Below, piece by piece: positions 1 to 9,669 of a stretch of 64,000 nt of DNA. Positions within the stretch are counted from its first letter, which is position 1. The number at the start of each line of letters is the position of its first letter. The DNA lies in the NCBI GenBank assembly GCA_965250285.1, contig OZ252299.1, positions 1,056,001 through 1,120,000 of the forward strand, read 5' to 3'. A program made the position numbers and the translations under genes. The stretch comes from Myxococcota bacterium (GTDB lineage: Bacteria > Myxococcota_A > UBA9160 > UBA4427). The notes beneath the pieces were generated by a model. It was not told the origin of the DNA, did no database searches, and was given only the letters and a program-made list of their open reading frames with translations.

Positions 1-2
1 AG

Positions 3-578
3 CGCGAGCGACGGCTGATGATCGGCGAGGCGCTCGTGCACCTCGGGCACCTCGGGACCGAGCGACTCGGCCCGATGCTCGACGCTTTCAAGACCGATCA
101 GTCGCAGTACGAGCTCGGAGCCCTCGGGCAGCTGCCCGATCCGCTCGTGAACAATCGCGTCGCGCCCTACGTGATCGACCTGTTGCCCAAGTTCTGCATG
201 CGCATCGCCCAGATCCGGGTCAAGGTCGGCGACGCGCAGGTGCTTGCCGTCGCGCCGGACTGGCCGCACCGTGTGTCGCTGCCGATCCACGCGCATCGCG
301 GTCTCGACGTGACGTTGATGGGGGACCGCGACTTCGTCGCCCGGCTCGCCTCGGGCACGTCGGGGATCGCAGAAGAGAAGCTCGATCGCGACCTCATGCT
401 CGACGGGGTGGGCGAGTTCTTGAACGTCCTCGCAGGCAACGCGATCAGCGCGCTCGAGCGCACCGGCGTACAGGCCGAGCTCGGCACACCCGATCACGAC
501 GCCGAGCTGGCCGACGGCTGGCTCTTCGACCTCGCGACTTCGTCGGGCCGTGCAGCGCTGCTCTTGATGCAGTTCTAG
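3..578 (+). CDS. CheX-like phosphatase domain protein with MshEN-like N-terminal motif (5'-partial)
   Basis: Frame is open from the window edge. C-terminal 'DGVGEFLNVLAGNA...LGTP' matches the CheC/CheX E-xx-N motif. 'MIGEALVHLGHL' resembles the MshEN motif. Confidence 0.65.
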   Translation, partial: RERRLMIGEALVHLGHLGTERLGPMLDAFKTDQSQYELGALGQLPDPLVNNRVAPYVIDLLPKFCMRIAQIRVKVGDAQVLAVAPDWPHRVSLPIHAHRGLDVTLMGDRDFVARLASGTSGIAEEKLDRDLMLDGVGEFLNVLAGNAISALERTGVQAELGTPDHDAELADGWLFDLATSSGRAALLLMQF

Positions 579-692
579 ACGGCGGGAGCCGTCGAACCCG
601 AGCCGGTTCGGCCATGCGGGCTCGCTGCAAGGCGATGCCTCGTGCCGCTGCCGCGGTCACGCCTCGATGGGCAGCGGAGCCGTTTCGCGCCG

Positions 693-1799
693 CTATGCGT
701 AGTGTGAGCGGCGCTTGACGACGAGCGAGCGCTCCAGGTCGAAGATCGTGACCTTCTTCCAGCCCGCCGGAGCATCGTCGTGCTCGGCCCCCTCGTCGCG
801 CACGAACTTGTGGCCGAGCAGCCTCGTCTTGACGATGCCCAGGTCTTCGCGCGACGCGTGATCTTCCTTCTCGAGCACCTCGGTCGCGGCGAAGACCGTG
901 TCGCCGGCCTGCAGAGGCGCGGTGTGCTTGCCCGTCGTGTAGACAAGGTCGCCGAGCGAATTGTCGCCGACGTCCGGCCCCGAGATGCCCAGGCAGAGCA
1001 CGAACGGGATGCCGCCGAAGACGATCAACTGACCGCCGACGTAGCGGTCGGGGTCGAGGTCGATCATGAACTGATTGCAGTGCACCTGGCTCGTGTTGTC
1101 GAGGATCCCCGTCAGCGCGATGTGCTCGTCGGTGACGGTGCGGCCGCGGCTGTGCTCGATCCGCGTGCCGGGCTCGAGGTCTTCGAAGTAGCTATCGGGG
1201 CTCGAGAGGTGCGCCAGGCCCTTGTAGTCGGCGGCGCGATCGTACGCCGGCAGCCAGAGGTCGCAGTCGACGGGGTCGGGTTCGATCTGGAACGACTCGA
1301 CCTCGATCGTCTCGTCATCCTTGTAGACCTGCACCTTGCGCTGCCAAGCCATGGCGATCGCCTCGTCGGGCTGCCCGACGTTCTTTCGCGCGATCGACTG
1401 GACGTGCACGATGCCGAGGTTCGGCCGGCTCGAAGAGGTGCGCACGCCGAGCACCTTCGTCTCGACCTCGAGCGTGTCGCCGACGTAGACAGGCGCCCCG
1501 TAGCGCATGTCGATGTACTCGAGGTTCGCACGTGCGTTCTCGGAGATGTCCTCGACCGTCTGGCTGAACGCGACCAGCATCACGAGGCCGGGCGGACACA
1601 CGAGCCCCTCGTAGCCATGCGCCCGGGCGTAGCGCGCGTTCTTGCACAGCGGGTTCGTCGCCATCGAGAAGTCGGTGAAGACGGTGAAGAGACCCTCGGT
1701 GATGGTCTTGCCACCCTTGTGGCGGAAGGTCTGACCGGGCTTGAAGTCTTCGAGGAAGTTGCCGGTCTTCTTGCGGATGATGCTCGGGGCGTCGCTCAC
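693..1799 (-). CDS. Double-hotdog MaoC-family dehydratase, mesaconyl-CoA (2-methylfumaryl-CoA) hydratase-like
   Basis: Two MaoC repeats (GNFLEDFKPGQ / SYFEDLEPG). 'TVEDISENARANLEY' resembles the Mch signature TVPDISLNAVANLGY. Confidence 0.75.
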   Translation of the reverse strand: MSDAPSIIRKKTGNFLEDFKPGQTFRHKGGKTITEGLFTVFTDFSMATNPLCKNARYARAHGYEGLVCPPGLVMLVAFSQTVEDISENARANLEYIDMRYGAPVYVGDTLEVETKVLGVRTSSSRPNLGIVHVQSIARKNVGQPDEAIAMAWQRKVQVYKDDETIEVESFQIEPDPVDCDLWLPAYDRAADYKGLAHLSSPDSYFEDLEPGTRIEHSRGRTVTDEHIALTGILDNTSQVHCNQFMIDLDPDRYVGGQLIVFGGIPFVLCLGISGPDVGDNSLGDLVYTTGKHTAPLQAGDTVFAATEVLEKEDHASREDLGIVKTRLLGHKFVRDEGAEHDDAPAGWKKVTIFDLERSLVVKRRSHYA

Positions 1800-2002
1800 G
1801 GGGGGCTCCGGTCGAGAGAATGGGGTTCGGGGTGTCGCGCCGAGCGGGCGGAGCGGGCCGCGGCCGGCTCGGGCGGCGCGAGTCTAGCAGGTCGCTTCGG
1901 AGGTGAGCGATCGAGCGAGGTGCCACACGCCGTGGCGCCGTGGCAGAGCCCGGCCACGCGTCGCGTTGGGGCGGGTGATTCGATGGGCGTCGGCCGGCGG
2001 GG

Positions 2003-2878
2003 TCAGGGGGAGATCGCGTTGACCTGCCAGTCGTAGTCGAAGTAGCGAAGTCGGATCCTCGAGCGGCGCGCGCGCAGCCAGGTCAGATCCGCCGCTGAGA
2101 CCGTGTCGATGCCCTCGGCGTGCTGCGCGACGAAGCCGCGCACGCCGTCGCTCGAGTCGAAGTCTTCCGAGAACCAGTCGAAGATGCGGCTCAGCATCAA
2201 CGTGTCCCGTTCGCGATCGATCTTCATGCCCTTGCGTGGATCAGCGAGGAACCGCTTCACGGCGGCGTCGAGCTGAGCGTCGAGCTGGTCGGCGGCGAAC
2301 GGCTCGCGGGCGAGGGACGGGCACGAGGTCGAAGCGCACACGATCGCCATGTGGATGCGCGGATCACCCATCGGCCGCAGGATCTCGTGCTCGATCTCGT
2401 GCAGGGTGACGACGCGGCCACCCACACGACCGGCGGGCTTGCCCCAGACCGGGCGAAAGAAGGATCCGATGTCGCGGATGCTGTCGACCGGCCAGTTGCG
2501 CACGACCATGTCGATGGCGAGTACGTTGTAGACGTCGATCCAGAACGCCATCCGAGCGTCGCGACCCGTGGGTGGCGCGACCGCGTCGAGCCCCGCAACG
2601 AAGGCGCGCCACGCGCCGCTGCTGCGAAGCCCTTCGTAGTCGACACGCGTACCGGCGATGTCGTCGACCGACATCGTGTGCGTCTGCAGGAACTCGGCCC
2701 AGCGCGCGCGATCGAAGTCGGCGGCCCGCGCCGCTCCGCCCGGTGCCGCGATGCCGAGCGCACTCGACAAGACGACGAAGAGGGCGAACGTGCGGGCGGG
2801 GAGCGCACGCGCTCGCCCGGCGCCGCGCGCCCCTCGCAGGGACGATCCAGCCGCTTCAGGTGCAGGTGACCCACTCAT
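2003..2878 (-). CDS. DUF547 domain secreted protein
   Basis: Signal-peptide-like N-terminus; motifs AFWIDVYN, LHEIEHEILR, DPRIHMAIVCASTSCPSL, SRIFDWF, YDWQVN. Confidence 0.85.
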   Translation of the reverse strand: MSGSPAPEAAGSSLRGARGAGRARALPARTFALFVVLSSALGIAAPGGAARAADFDRARWAEFLQTHTMSVDDIAGTRVDYEGLRSSGAWRAFVAGLDAVAPPTGRDARMAFWIDVYNVLAIDMVVRNWPVDSIRDIGSFFRPVWGKPAGRVGGRVVTLHEIEHEILRPMGDPRIHMAIVCASTSCPSLAREPFAADQLDAQLDAAVKRFLADPRKGMKIDRERDTLMLSRIFDWFSEDFDSSDGVRGFVAQHAEGIDTVSAADLTWLRARRSRIRLRYFDYDWQVNAISP

Positions 2879-2979
2879 TCCGGCGTTTCCCCTTGGGAAT
2901 TCGCGACCCCCCATCGAGTCGGTCCTCCAGCTATGGGACGCGCGGGGTCAGAGGGAGGTTTCCCTTGCTGCAGCCACAA

Positions 2980-3008
2980 TTGCCATGACTCCCGGATCAG
3001 GTTACAAA
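2980..3008 (+). promoter_or_regulatory. Putative sigma70 promoter of the pnt operon
   Basis: TTGCCA-N17-TACAAA about 85 bp upstream of the pntAA start. Confidence 0.35.
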
Positions 3009-3092
3009 CCGGGCCCCGGCCCGCGCCCCTGAGGTGAAGCGAGGTCGCCCCCGGCGCCGCACGCGCCCCCATATCCAGCTCGGAGCAAGCTC

Positions 3093-4259
3093 TTGAAGAT
3101 TGGAGTTCCCAAGGAGACCGCGTCCGGCGAGCGCCGGGTCGCGCTGGTGCCCGATGCGTTGAAGGTGTTGGCGAACCTCGGCGCCGAGGTCCACATCGAG
3201 GCCGGCGCCGGCGTCGAGGCGGGCTTCGAGGACGAAGCCTACGTCGAGCATCACGCACACATCGTCGATCGCGAGACCGCACTCGGCGCGGATCTCGTCC
3301 TCAAGGTGCAGCCGCCGAACGACGACGAGATCGCCGGCCTGCGCAGCGGCGCCGCCCTGATCAGCTTCCTGAAGCCCCTCGATATGCCCGAGGTCTCCGA
3401 GAAGCTCGCGAATCAGGGCGTGTCGGCCTTCTCGGTCGAGATGATGCCGCGCATCACCCGCGCACAGTCGATGGATGCCCTCTCGAGTCAGAGCACGATC
3501 TCGGGCTACCGGGCCGTGCTGCTCGGTGCGTCGGCGTTGCCGCGCATCTTCCCGATGCTCGTGACGGCCGCGGGCACGCTGCAGCCCGCCCGCGTGCTGG
3601 TCGTCGGCGTCGGCGTCGCCGGCCTGCAGGCGCTCGGGACCGCCAAGCGGCTCGGCGCACGCACGTTCGGCTACGACACGCGCCCCGTCGTGCGGGAGCA
3701 GGTCGAGAGCCTCGGCGCCCAATTCGTCGAGCTCGACCTCGACACCGAGGGCAGCGAAGACTCGGGCGGCTACGCGAAGGCCCAGAGCGAGGAGTTCTAC
3801 CAGAAGCAGCGGCAGCTGCTCGGCGAGCACGTGTCGAAGGCCGACGTGGTCATCACGACCGCGCTCGTCCCCGGTCAGCCCGCCCCTCGCCTCATCGAAG
3901 AGGACGCGGTCAAGGCGATGCGCCCGGGCTCGGTGATCGTCGACCTCGCGGCGGAGAAGGGCGGCAACGTCGCCGTGACCCGCGCGAACGAAGATGCCGT
4001 CGTGCACGGCGTGACGGTGATCGGTCGCACCAACCTGCCGAGTGAGATCCCGGCACACGCCTCGCAAATGTACGCCAAGAACCTGACGACCTTCCTCGAG
4101 CACCTCGTCGACGAAGGCGCCATCCAGTTCGACTTCGCCGACGAGATCACGACCGGCACCCTCATGACGTACGAGGGCAAGGTCGTGAGCGAGCGCCTCG
4201 GTGGAACCATGCCTTCGCCGCCGCCGGCACCGGCCGCAGCAGAAGAGGGGAGCGACTGA
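3093..4259 (+). CDS. pntAA: NAD(P) transhydrogenase subunit alpha part 1
   Basis: KIGVPKE...ERRVALVP, RAQSMDALSSQS, GVGVAGLQ, GGYAK motifs; TTG start after GGAG. Confidence 0.95.
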   Translation: MKIGVPKETASGERRVALVPDALKVLANLGAEVHIEAGAGVEAGFEDEAYVEHHAHIVDRETALGADLVLKVQPPNDDEIAGLRSGAALISFLKPLDMPEVSEKLANQGVSAFSVEMMPRITRAQSMDALSSQSTISGYRAVLLGASALPRIFPMLVTAAGTLQPARVLVVGVGVAGLQALGTAKRLGARTFGYDTRPVVREQVESLGAQFVELDLDTEGSEDSGGYAKAQSEEFYQKQRQLLGEHVSKADVVITTALVPGQPAPRLIEEDAVKAMRPGSVIVDLAAEKGGNVAVTRANEDAVVHGVTVIGRTNLPSEIPAHASQMYAKNLTTFLEHLVDEGAIQFDFADEITTGTLMTYEGKVVSERLGGTMPSPPPAPAAAEEGSD

Positions 4260-4552
4260 TGCTCGAAGCACCCGCCATTGCGGCTCTCACGATCTTCGTT
4301 CTCTCGCTCTTCGTGGGCGTCGAGGTCATCTCGAAGGTGCCGCCGCTGCTGCACACGCCCCTCATGTCGGGCTCCAACGCCATCTCGGGCATCTCGGTGG
4401 TCGGCGCGATCCTCGCCGCCGGCAACCCCGACTACCCGAACGTCTCGATGGTGCTCGGCTTCATCGCGCTCGTCTTCGCGTCGTTCAACGTCGTCGGCGG
4501 CTTCCTCGTCACAAACCGCATGCTGGCCATGTTCAAGGGGAACAAGAAGTAG
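4259..4552 (+). CDS. pntAB: NAD(P) transhydrogenase subunit alpha part 2
   Basis: LHTPLMSGSNAISG and NVVGGFLVTNRMLAMF; TGATG overlap with pntAA. Confidence 0.95.
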   Translation: MLEAPAIAALTIFVLSLFVGVEVISKVPPLLHTPLMSGSNAISGISVVGAILAAGNPDYPNVSMVLGFIALVFASFNVVGGFLVTNRMLAMFKGNKK

Positions 4553-4554
4553 CC

Positions 4555-5949
4555 ATGGCTGACAACCTGACGCTGATCCAGACGGGATACCTCGCCGCGG
4601 CCGTCCTCTTCATCTTCGGCCTCCGAGGGCTCTCGTCCCCCAAGACCGCAGTCATGGGCAATGGCCTCGCCGCCATCGGCATGCTGATCGCGATCGTGGC
4701 GACGCTCCTGTACAGCAACGTCATGAGCTACGGGCTCGTGCTCGCGGGCATCGCGGTCGGCGGTGCGCTGGGCGCGGTCGCGGCGCTCAAGGTCGAGATG
4801 ACCGGCATGCCCCAGATGGTGGCGCTGCTGAACGGCCTCGGTGGCGCCGCGTCGGCGCTCGTCGCTGGTGCCGAGGTCTTCGTGGCGGTCGACTCGGGCA
4901 CGACGCTGTCGGGCATCGTGCCGCCGGCCATCGTGGCTTCGGTGCTGATCGGTTCGATCACCCTGACGGGCTCGCTGATCGCGTTCGGCAAGCTGCAGGA
5001 GATCATGAACACGGCTGCGATGGTGTACCCGCTGCAGCAGCCGTCGAACTTCGTGATCGCGCTGGCGACGCTCGGCGTGGCCGTGATGGCGGCCCTCGAT
5101 CCGACCAACGTCACGTACCTGTACGTGCTGGCGGGGCTCGCCCTGCTGATGGGCATCCTGCTGACGATCCCGATCGGCGGCGCCGACATGCCGGTGGTCA
5201 TCGCGCTGTTGAACTCGTACTCGGGTCTCGCTGCGTGTGCCGCCGGCTTCGTGCTCGACAACAGTGCGCTCGTCGTCTCGGGTTCGCTGGTCGGCGCCTC
5301 GGGCTTGATCCTGACGAACATCATGTGTGTTGCCATGAATCGTTCGCTCGGGAACGTGCTCTTCGGCGCGTTCGGGGCGCAGGACGCCGCCGCCGCCGGC
5401 AGCGGCGAAGACCAGGGCACCGCCGTGGCGTACACGCCGATCGACGCGGCCGTGATCTTCTCGAACGCGCGCAGCTGCGTGGTCGTGCCCGGCTACGGCA
5501 TGGCCGTCGCCCAGGCCCAGCACGCCGTGCGCGAGCTGACCGAGGTGCTCGAGGAGAAGGGCGTCCAGTGCAAGTTCGCGATCCACCCGGTCGCGGGCCG
5601 CATGCCCGGTCACATGAACGTGCTGCTCGCCGAGGCAGACGTGCCCTACGACCAGCTGGTCGAGATGGACGACATCAACCCCGAGTTCCCCGAGACCGAC
5701 GTGGCGCTGGTGCTCGGCGCGAACGACGTCGTGAACCCCGCCGCGCGCGAAGACGACACGAGCCCGATCTACGGCATGCCGATCCTCGAGGTCGACAAGT
5801 CGCAGAACGTCTTCGTCATCAAGCGCTCGATGAACCCCGGCTTCGCCGGTATTCAGAACCCGCTCTTCTTCAAGGAAAACACCAAGATGATCTTCGGTGA
5901 CGGGAAGAAGGTGGTGCTGGATCTCGTCGAGGCGGTGAAGAACTACTAG
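4555..5949 (+). CDS. pntB: NAD(P) transhydrogenase subunit beta
   Basis: GGADMPVVIALLNSYSG, VPGYGMAVAQAQH, HPVAGRMPGHMNVLLAEA motifs. True start is ATG 4555. Confidence 0.95.
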   Translation: MADNLTLIQTGYLAAAVLFIFGLRGLSSPKTAVMGNGLAAIGMLIAIVATLLYSNVMSYGLVLAGIAVGGALGAVAALKVEMTGMPQMVALLNGLGGAASALVAGAEVFVAVDSGTTLSGIVPPAIVASVLIGSITLTGSLIAFGKLQEIMNTAAMVYPLQQPSNFVIALATLGVAVMAALDPTNVTYLYVLAGLALLMGILLTIPIGGADMPVVIALLNSYSGLAACAAGFVLDNSALVVSGSLVGASGLILTNIMCVAMNRSLGNVLFGAFGAQDAAAAGSGEDQGTAVAYTPIDAAVIFSNARSCVVVPGYGMAVAQAQHAVRELTEVLEEKGVQCKFAIHPVAGRMPGHMNVLLAEADVPYDQLVEMDDINPEFPETDVALVLGANDVVNPAAREDDTSPIYGMPILEVDKSQNVFVIKRSMNPGFAGIQNPLFFKENTKMIFGDGKKVVLDLVEAVKNY

Positions 5950-5957
5950 GCGCGGTC

Positions 5958-6686
5958 TTGGCCGTCGCCGAGTCGACGCCCCTGGGCCGTGTGGCCCGCC
6001 CCGATGCGGGCGGGCCCTGGCCCGGCGTCGTGTTCATTCACGACGTCTGGGGCCCCTCGCCCCACAGCGAACAGTTCAGCGATCGTCTGGCCGACGCCGG
6101 CTACGTCGTGCTCGCCGTCGACTTCTACCGTGCGCTCGACGCGCGCCCCAAAGACGACCCCGGAGCGTTCATCCGTGCGCTCGTCGATCCCGACGTGATC
6201 GCAGACGTGGCCGCCGGCCGCGATGCGCTCGCGGCGCGGCCGGATGTCGCCCCAGGCCGCATCGGCGTGACGGGCGTGTGCATGGGGGGCATGTACGCGC
6301 TGCTCGCGGCCTGCGAGCTCGACGGCCTGAGCGCGGCCGCGCCGTTCTACGGCATGCTCTCGTACGAGCACGGGATGCTCGCCGAGCCGGCCGGGCGCGA
6401 CTTCGAGCGCAAGCCTCGCTCGCCGCTCGAAGCGGCCCCCGCTCTGCGATGCCCGCTGCTCGCGTTCTTCGGCGAGCAGGACACGTTCGTCCCGAGCGAC
6501 GACGTCGACGCGCTCGCCTCGGCCCTGCCATCGGGAGCGTATCCGGTCGAGATCGTGCGCTACGCCGACGCCGGCCATGCGTTCATGAACGAGACCCGGG
6601 CGGAGGCGTTCCGGCCGGAGGCGGCTGCGGAGGCCTGGCGCCGTCTCGAAGCGTTTTTTGCGATCCACCTGAAGGGCGCCGCCTGA
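5958..6686 (+). CDS. Dienelactone hydrolase family protein
   Basis: GVCMGG nucleophile motif, FFGEQD acid, AGHAF His. Confidence 0.85.
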   Translation: MAVAESTPLGRVARPDAGGPWPGVVFIHDVWGPSPHSEQFSDRLADAGYVVLAVDFYRALDARPKDDPGAFIRALVDPDVIADVAAGRDALAARPDVAPGRIGVTGVCMGGMYALLAACELDGLSAAAPFYGMLSYEHGMLAEPAGRDFERKPRSPLEAAPALRCPLLAFFGEQDTFVPSDDVDALASALPSGAYPVEIVRYADAGHAFMNETRAEAFRPEAAAEAWRRLEAFFAIHLKGAA

Positions 6687-7581
6687 GCTGACTCGCGCTG
6701 CGCCGCGGGATCGCCTTGCCGTCGGCGAGGCGTGCGAAGCCCCCGCCCGGCTCGGGCTCGTGCGCCGCCGGGGCGCTCGAGGGCTCGGCCGTCGGCATCG
6801 ACGCGGCCGGCGGCGCATCGGATGGGGCCTGCGCACGGCGTCCGACGGCCGCGCCGGGCTGCGTCGACGCGAGGGCGTGGCACAGCACCAGCGCGAGTGT
6901 CCGGCCGCGGCTGGGATAGGCCGTCACGCTGGCCTCGACGCGGAGGGGCGCGCCGCTGACGTCCCGCAGAGGCGCCGAGAAACGATCGTGGTCGCCGCCT
7001 TCCGCCATGGCGTCGAGACGCGCGCGCCAGTCCGAACGGGCGTCCTCCGGCACGAAGGCGTCGAAGTCGACGCCGAGCAGGGTGTCGCGGGCGGTCCCGA
7101 AGAGCGCGCCGGCGGCGGGGTTGGCGTCGGCGATCTCACCGCTCACGGTGTCGATGGCCAGGAACGCGTCGGCGACTCGGTCGATCGCGGCGACGACCGC
7201 CCGCCGTGCCGCACGCGGCTTCCCGCGCGCGCTGCGCCCACCGCTGCTCTGACGCAGCGCCTGCCTGAACTGCTCGACCAGCGGCGCGAGCGCGCGCCGC
7301 ACCTCATCGCCATCCGGCATCGCGAGCACGCAGGCGGCTTCGAGCCAGGCGTCGAGCAGGGCGGCCATGCGTCGTTCGTTGATCTGGAGGCCGTCGAGGG
7401 CCGGGGCCCGGAGCTCGCCGCGGTGCAGGGCGACGCCGGTGAAGCTGCGAAAGCGCCGCAGCGTCTCGGCCTCGCCGCCCGAAGGTCGCGGCGCAGCCGG
7501 GCCCATCGCGTCACGCATCGCCTGCTCGATGGGCTGACGTTGAGCGACGAGCCACGAGGCCAACGTGGGGTTCGCATGCAC
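6583..7581 (-). CDS. PAS domain protein (helical N-terminus, one PAS domain, no output domain)
   Basis: PAS motif DAFLAID...IADANPAAGALFG...LLG. Start is uncertain; the P/A-rich tail overlaps the convergent DLH gene. Confidence 0.6.
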   Translation of the reverse strand: MHANPTLASWLVAQRQPIEQAMRDAMGPAAPRPSGGEAETLRRFRSFTGVALHRGELRAPALDGLQINERRMAALLDAWLEAACVLAMPDGDEVRRALAPLVEQFRQALRQSSGGRSARGKPRAARRAVVAAIDRVADAFLAIDTVSGEIADANPAAGALFGTARDTLLGVDFDAFVPEDARSDWRARLDAMAEGGDHDRFSAPLRDVSGAPLRVEASVTAYPSRGRTLALVLCHALASTQPGAAVGRRAQAPSDAPPAASMPTAEPSSAPAAHEPEPGGGFARLADGKAIPRRSASQLRRRPSGGSQKTLRDGARPPQPPPAGTPPPGSRS

Positions 7582-7704
7582 ATCGACGAGTCTAGCGGCA
7601 GTGGACGCTTCTGCCGGCGGATTGCGTGCGTGTCGCGCGAGGTGACACACAGGAAGGTCAATCGCGTCTCAATCGGGCCGACGGGCGAGCCGATCATTGG
7701 GGGC

Positions 7705-8358
7705 ATGAGCCTACGAACCGGACCCGTTCGTGTGCTGGTCGCCTATGCCCGGCCCGAGTGCTTCATCGACAAGACCGAGTCGATCCTGGCCCGGCTCGGC
7801 TACCTGATCCTGCGGCCAGACGAGCTCGAGGATCGCAGGGGCGAGCTGCCCCCGGGCGCACCGCATCTCTACGTCGCCGACGAACGGCAGCTCGACGAGG
7901 TGCCGAACCCCGAAGGCGAAGCCGAGCGCCCGGTGATCGTGCTGAGCGGTCGCCAGGGCATCGACTCGGACGATCCTCGCGTGGTGGCGGCGGTGCGCCG
8001 GCCGGCGGGTCTCCACGATCTGTACTGCATTCTCCAACGTGTATTCGAGCTGACGCCGCGCTCGACCCCGCGCATTCCGGTGCGGATCGAGGTCGACTGT
8101 CGTCGTGGGGACCGACACTTCGAGGCCGAGATGCGCTCGATCTCCGAGAACGGCGCGTTGCTTCGATGCGAGGATCGGTTGCCGCTCGGGTCGACGTTCG
8201 AGATGGACTTCGCGCTCCCCGGCGTCGGCTCTGTCCAGATGCGCGCCGAGGCCGCCTACCAGCTGATGCCCGATCTGGGCGTCGTCTTCAGCGGCGTCGA
8301 CGCGTCGCTGCGCGAGACGATCAACGGCTTCATCGCCGAGTCGATCCTCGCCGCCTGA
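7705..8358 (+). CDS. PilZ domain protein with degenerate receiver-like N-terminus
   Basis: RSTPR (RxxxR), SISENG and C-terminal GVVF. Confidence 0.75.
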   Translation: MSLRTGPVRVLVAYARPECFIDKTESILARLGYLILRPDELEDRRGELPPGAPHLYVADERQLDEVPNPEGEAERPVIVLSGRQGIDSDDPRVVAAVRRPAGLHDLYCILQRVFELTPRSTPRIPVRIEVDCRRGDRHFEAEMRSISENGALLRCEDRLPLGSTFEMDFALPGVGSVQMRAEAAYQLMPDLGVVFSGVDASLRETINGFIAESILAA

Positions 8359-8399
8359 TCCGAGCTAGCTTCTGCGTTCGACTCGAGCGGAGAAGAGCA

Positions 8400-9590
8400 A
8401 TGTCCGAGATCTGGCGATCCTTCGACCTGTATGCGCCGACCCCTGAGCACGAGCTGCTCGCGCAGACGCTCACCGAGTTCGTCGAGCGTGAGGTCGAGCC
8501 CCAGGCGATCCAGTTCAACCGCGAAGAGCGCTTCAACGTCGACCTCTTTCGCAAAGCAGGGGAGCTGGGGCTGCTCGGCATCACGATTCCGGAGAAGTAC
8601 GACGGCGCGGGCATGGACGCGGTCGCCGTCGTGCAGCTGATGGAGTCGCTCTCGACGAGCGATCCCGGCTTCGCGCTCGCCGTGCTCGCCCACTCGATCC
8701 TCTTCGCCCACAACCTCTCGGTCAACGCGAGTGAGGAGCAGTGCCAGCGGTACTTGCCGAAGATGGTCAGCGGCGAGCACATCGGCGGCATGTGCATGAC
8801 GGAGCCGGGGGCCGGCACCGACGTACTCGGCATGTCGACGAAGGCCGTGCCCGACGGCAAGGATTTCGTCGTCACTGGTACGAAGACGTACATCACGAAC
8901 GGCGCGATCGACGAACAGACGCTCGGCAATGCATTCATCGTCTATGCCACGACCGGGGAGCGCGAGATCACGTCGTTCCTCGTCGAGGACGACTTCGAGG
9001 GGTTTCGTCTCGGGCAGAAGTGGACCGACAAGCTCGGCATGCGGTCGTCGTTCACCGCCGAGCTCGTCTTCGATGATGTGAAGGTGCCGGCCGCGAACGT
9101 CATGGGGGAAGTGGGGCAGGGCGTCCATCACATGATGCGCAACCTCGAGATCGAACGATTGACGCTCGCCGCCCAGGCGACCGGGATCGCCCTGCGGTGC
9201 CTTCGCGTGATGGTCGAGTACGCGACGGAGCGAAAGTCGTTCGGGCGCCCGATCGCCGATTTCGGTCAGATTCAGCGGCACATTGCCGAGAGCTACGCGG
9301 CGACGGCGGCAGCGCGCGCGCTCGTCTACGACGTGGCGCGGCGTCACTCGTTCACGGCAGCCGGGCAGCGCGTCGAAGCCGATGCGACCAAGCTCTTCGC
9401 GAGTCAGGTGGCCAAACAGGTGGCCGACTCGGCGATCCAGGTGCTCGGAGGCAACGGCTACATGGGCGAGTACGTCGTCGAGCGACTGTGGCGCGACGCC
9501 AAGCTGCTCGAAATCGGGGGCGGAACGCTCGAAGCCCACCAGAAGAACATGACGAAGGATCTGTCGCGGGATCCGACGCTGCTCGGCTGA
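8400..9590 (+). CDS. Acyl-CoA dehydrogenase (isovaleryl-CoA dehydrogenase-like)
   Basis: CMTEPGAGTD, KLGMRSS, QVLGGNGY, RDAKLLEIGGGT. Confidence 0.9.
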   Translation: MSEIWRSFDLYAPTPEHELLAQTLTEFVEREVEPQAIQFNREERFNVDLFRKAGELGLLGITIPEKYDGAGMDAVAVVQLMESLSTSDPGFALAVLAHSILFAHNLSVNASEEQCQRYLPKMVSGEHIGGMCMTEPGAGTDVLGMSTKAVPDGKDFVVTGTKTYITNGAIDEQTLGNAFIVYATTGEREITSFLVEDDFEGFRLGQKWTDKLGMRSSFTAELVFDDVKVPAANVMGEVGQGVHHMMRNLEIERLTLAAQATGIALRCLRVMVEYATERKSFGRPIADFGQIQRHIAESYAATAAARALVYDVARRHSFTAAGQRVEADATKLFASQVAKQVADSAIQVLGGNGYMGEYVVERLWRDAKLLEIGGGTLEAHQKNMTKDLSRDPTLLG

Positions 9591-9604
9591 CCGAGGCCCG
9601 AACG

Positions 9605-9642
9605 CGAAGCGCGCCGATGGCCGTGGCCTTCGACGCGCTTCG
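9605..9642. terminator. Inverted repeat between convergent ACAD and aldolase genes
   Basis: CGAAGCGCG ... CGCGCTTCG arms; no U-tract. Confidence 0.35.
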
Positions 9643-9669
9643 TGACGCTGCCCGACCGATGCGTTGCGC

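Noticed and set aside
4201..4554. Long N-terminal extensions in the ORF track (pntB, ACAD, PilZ, TBDR, NUDIX, EthD and others)
   Set aside because: They overlap neighbouring genes or lack motifs; downstream starts with an RBS fit the families better.
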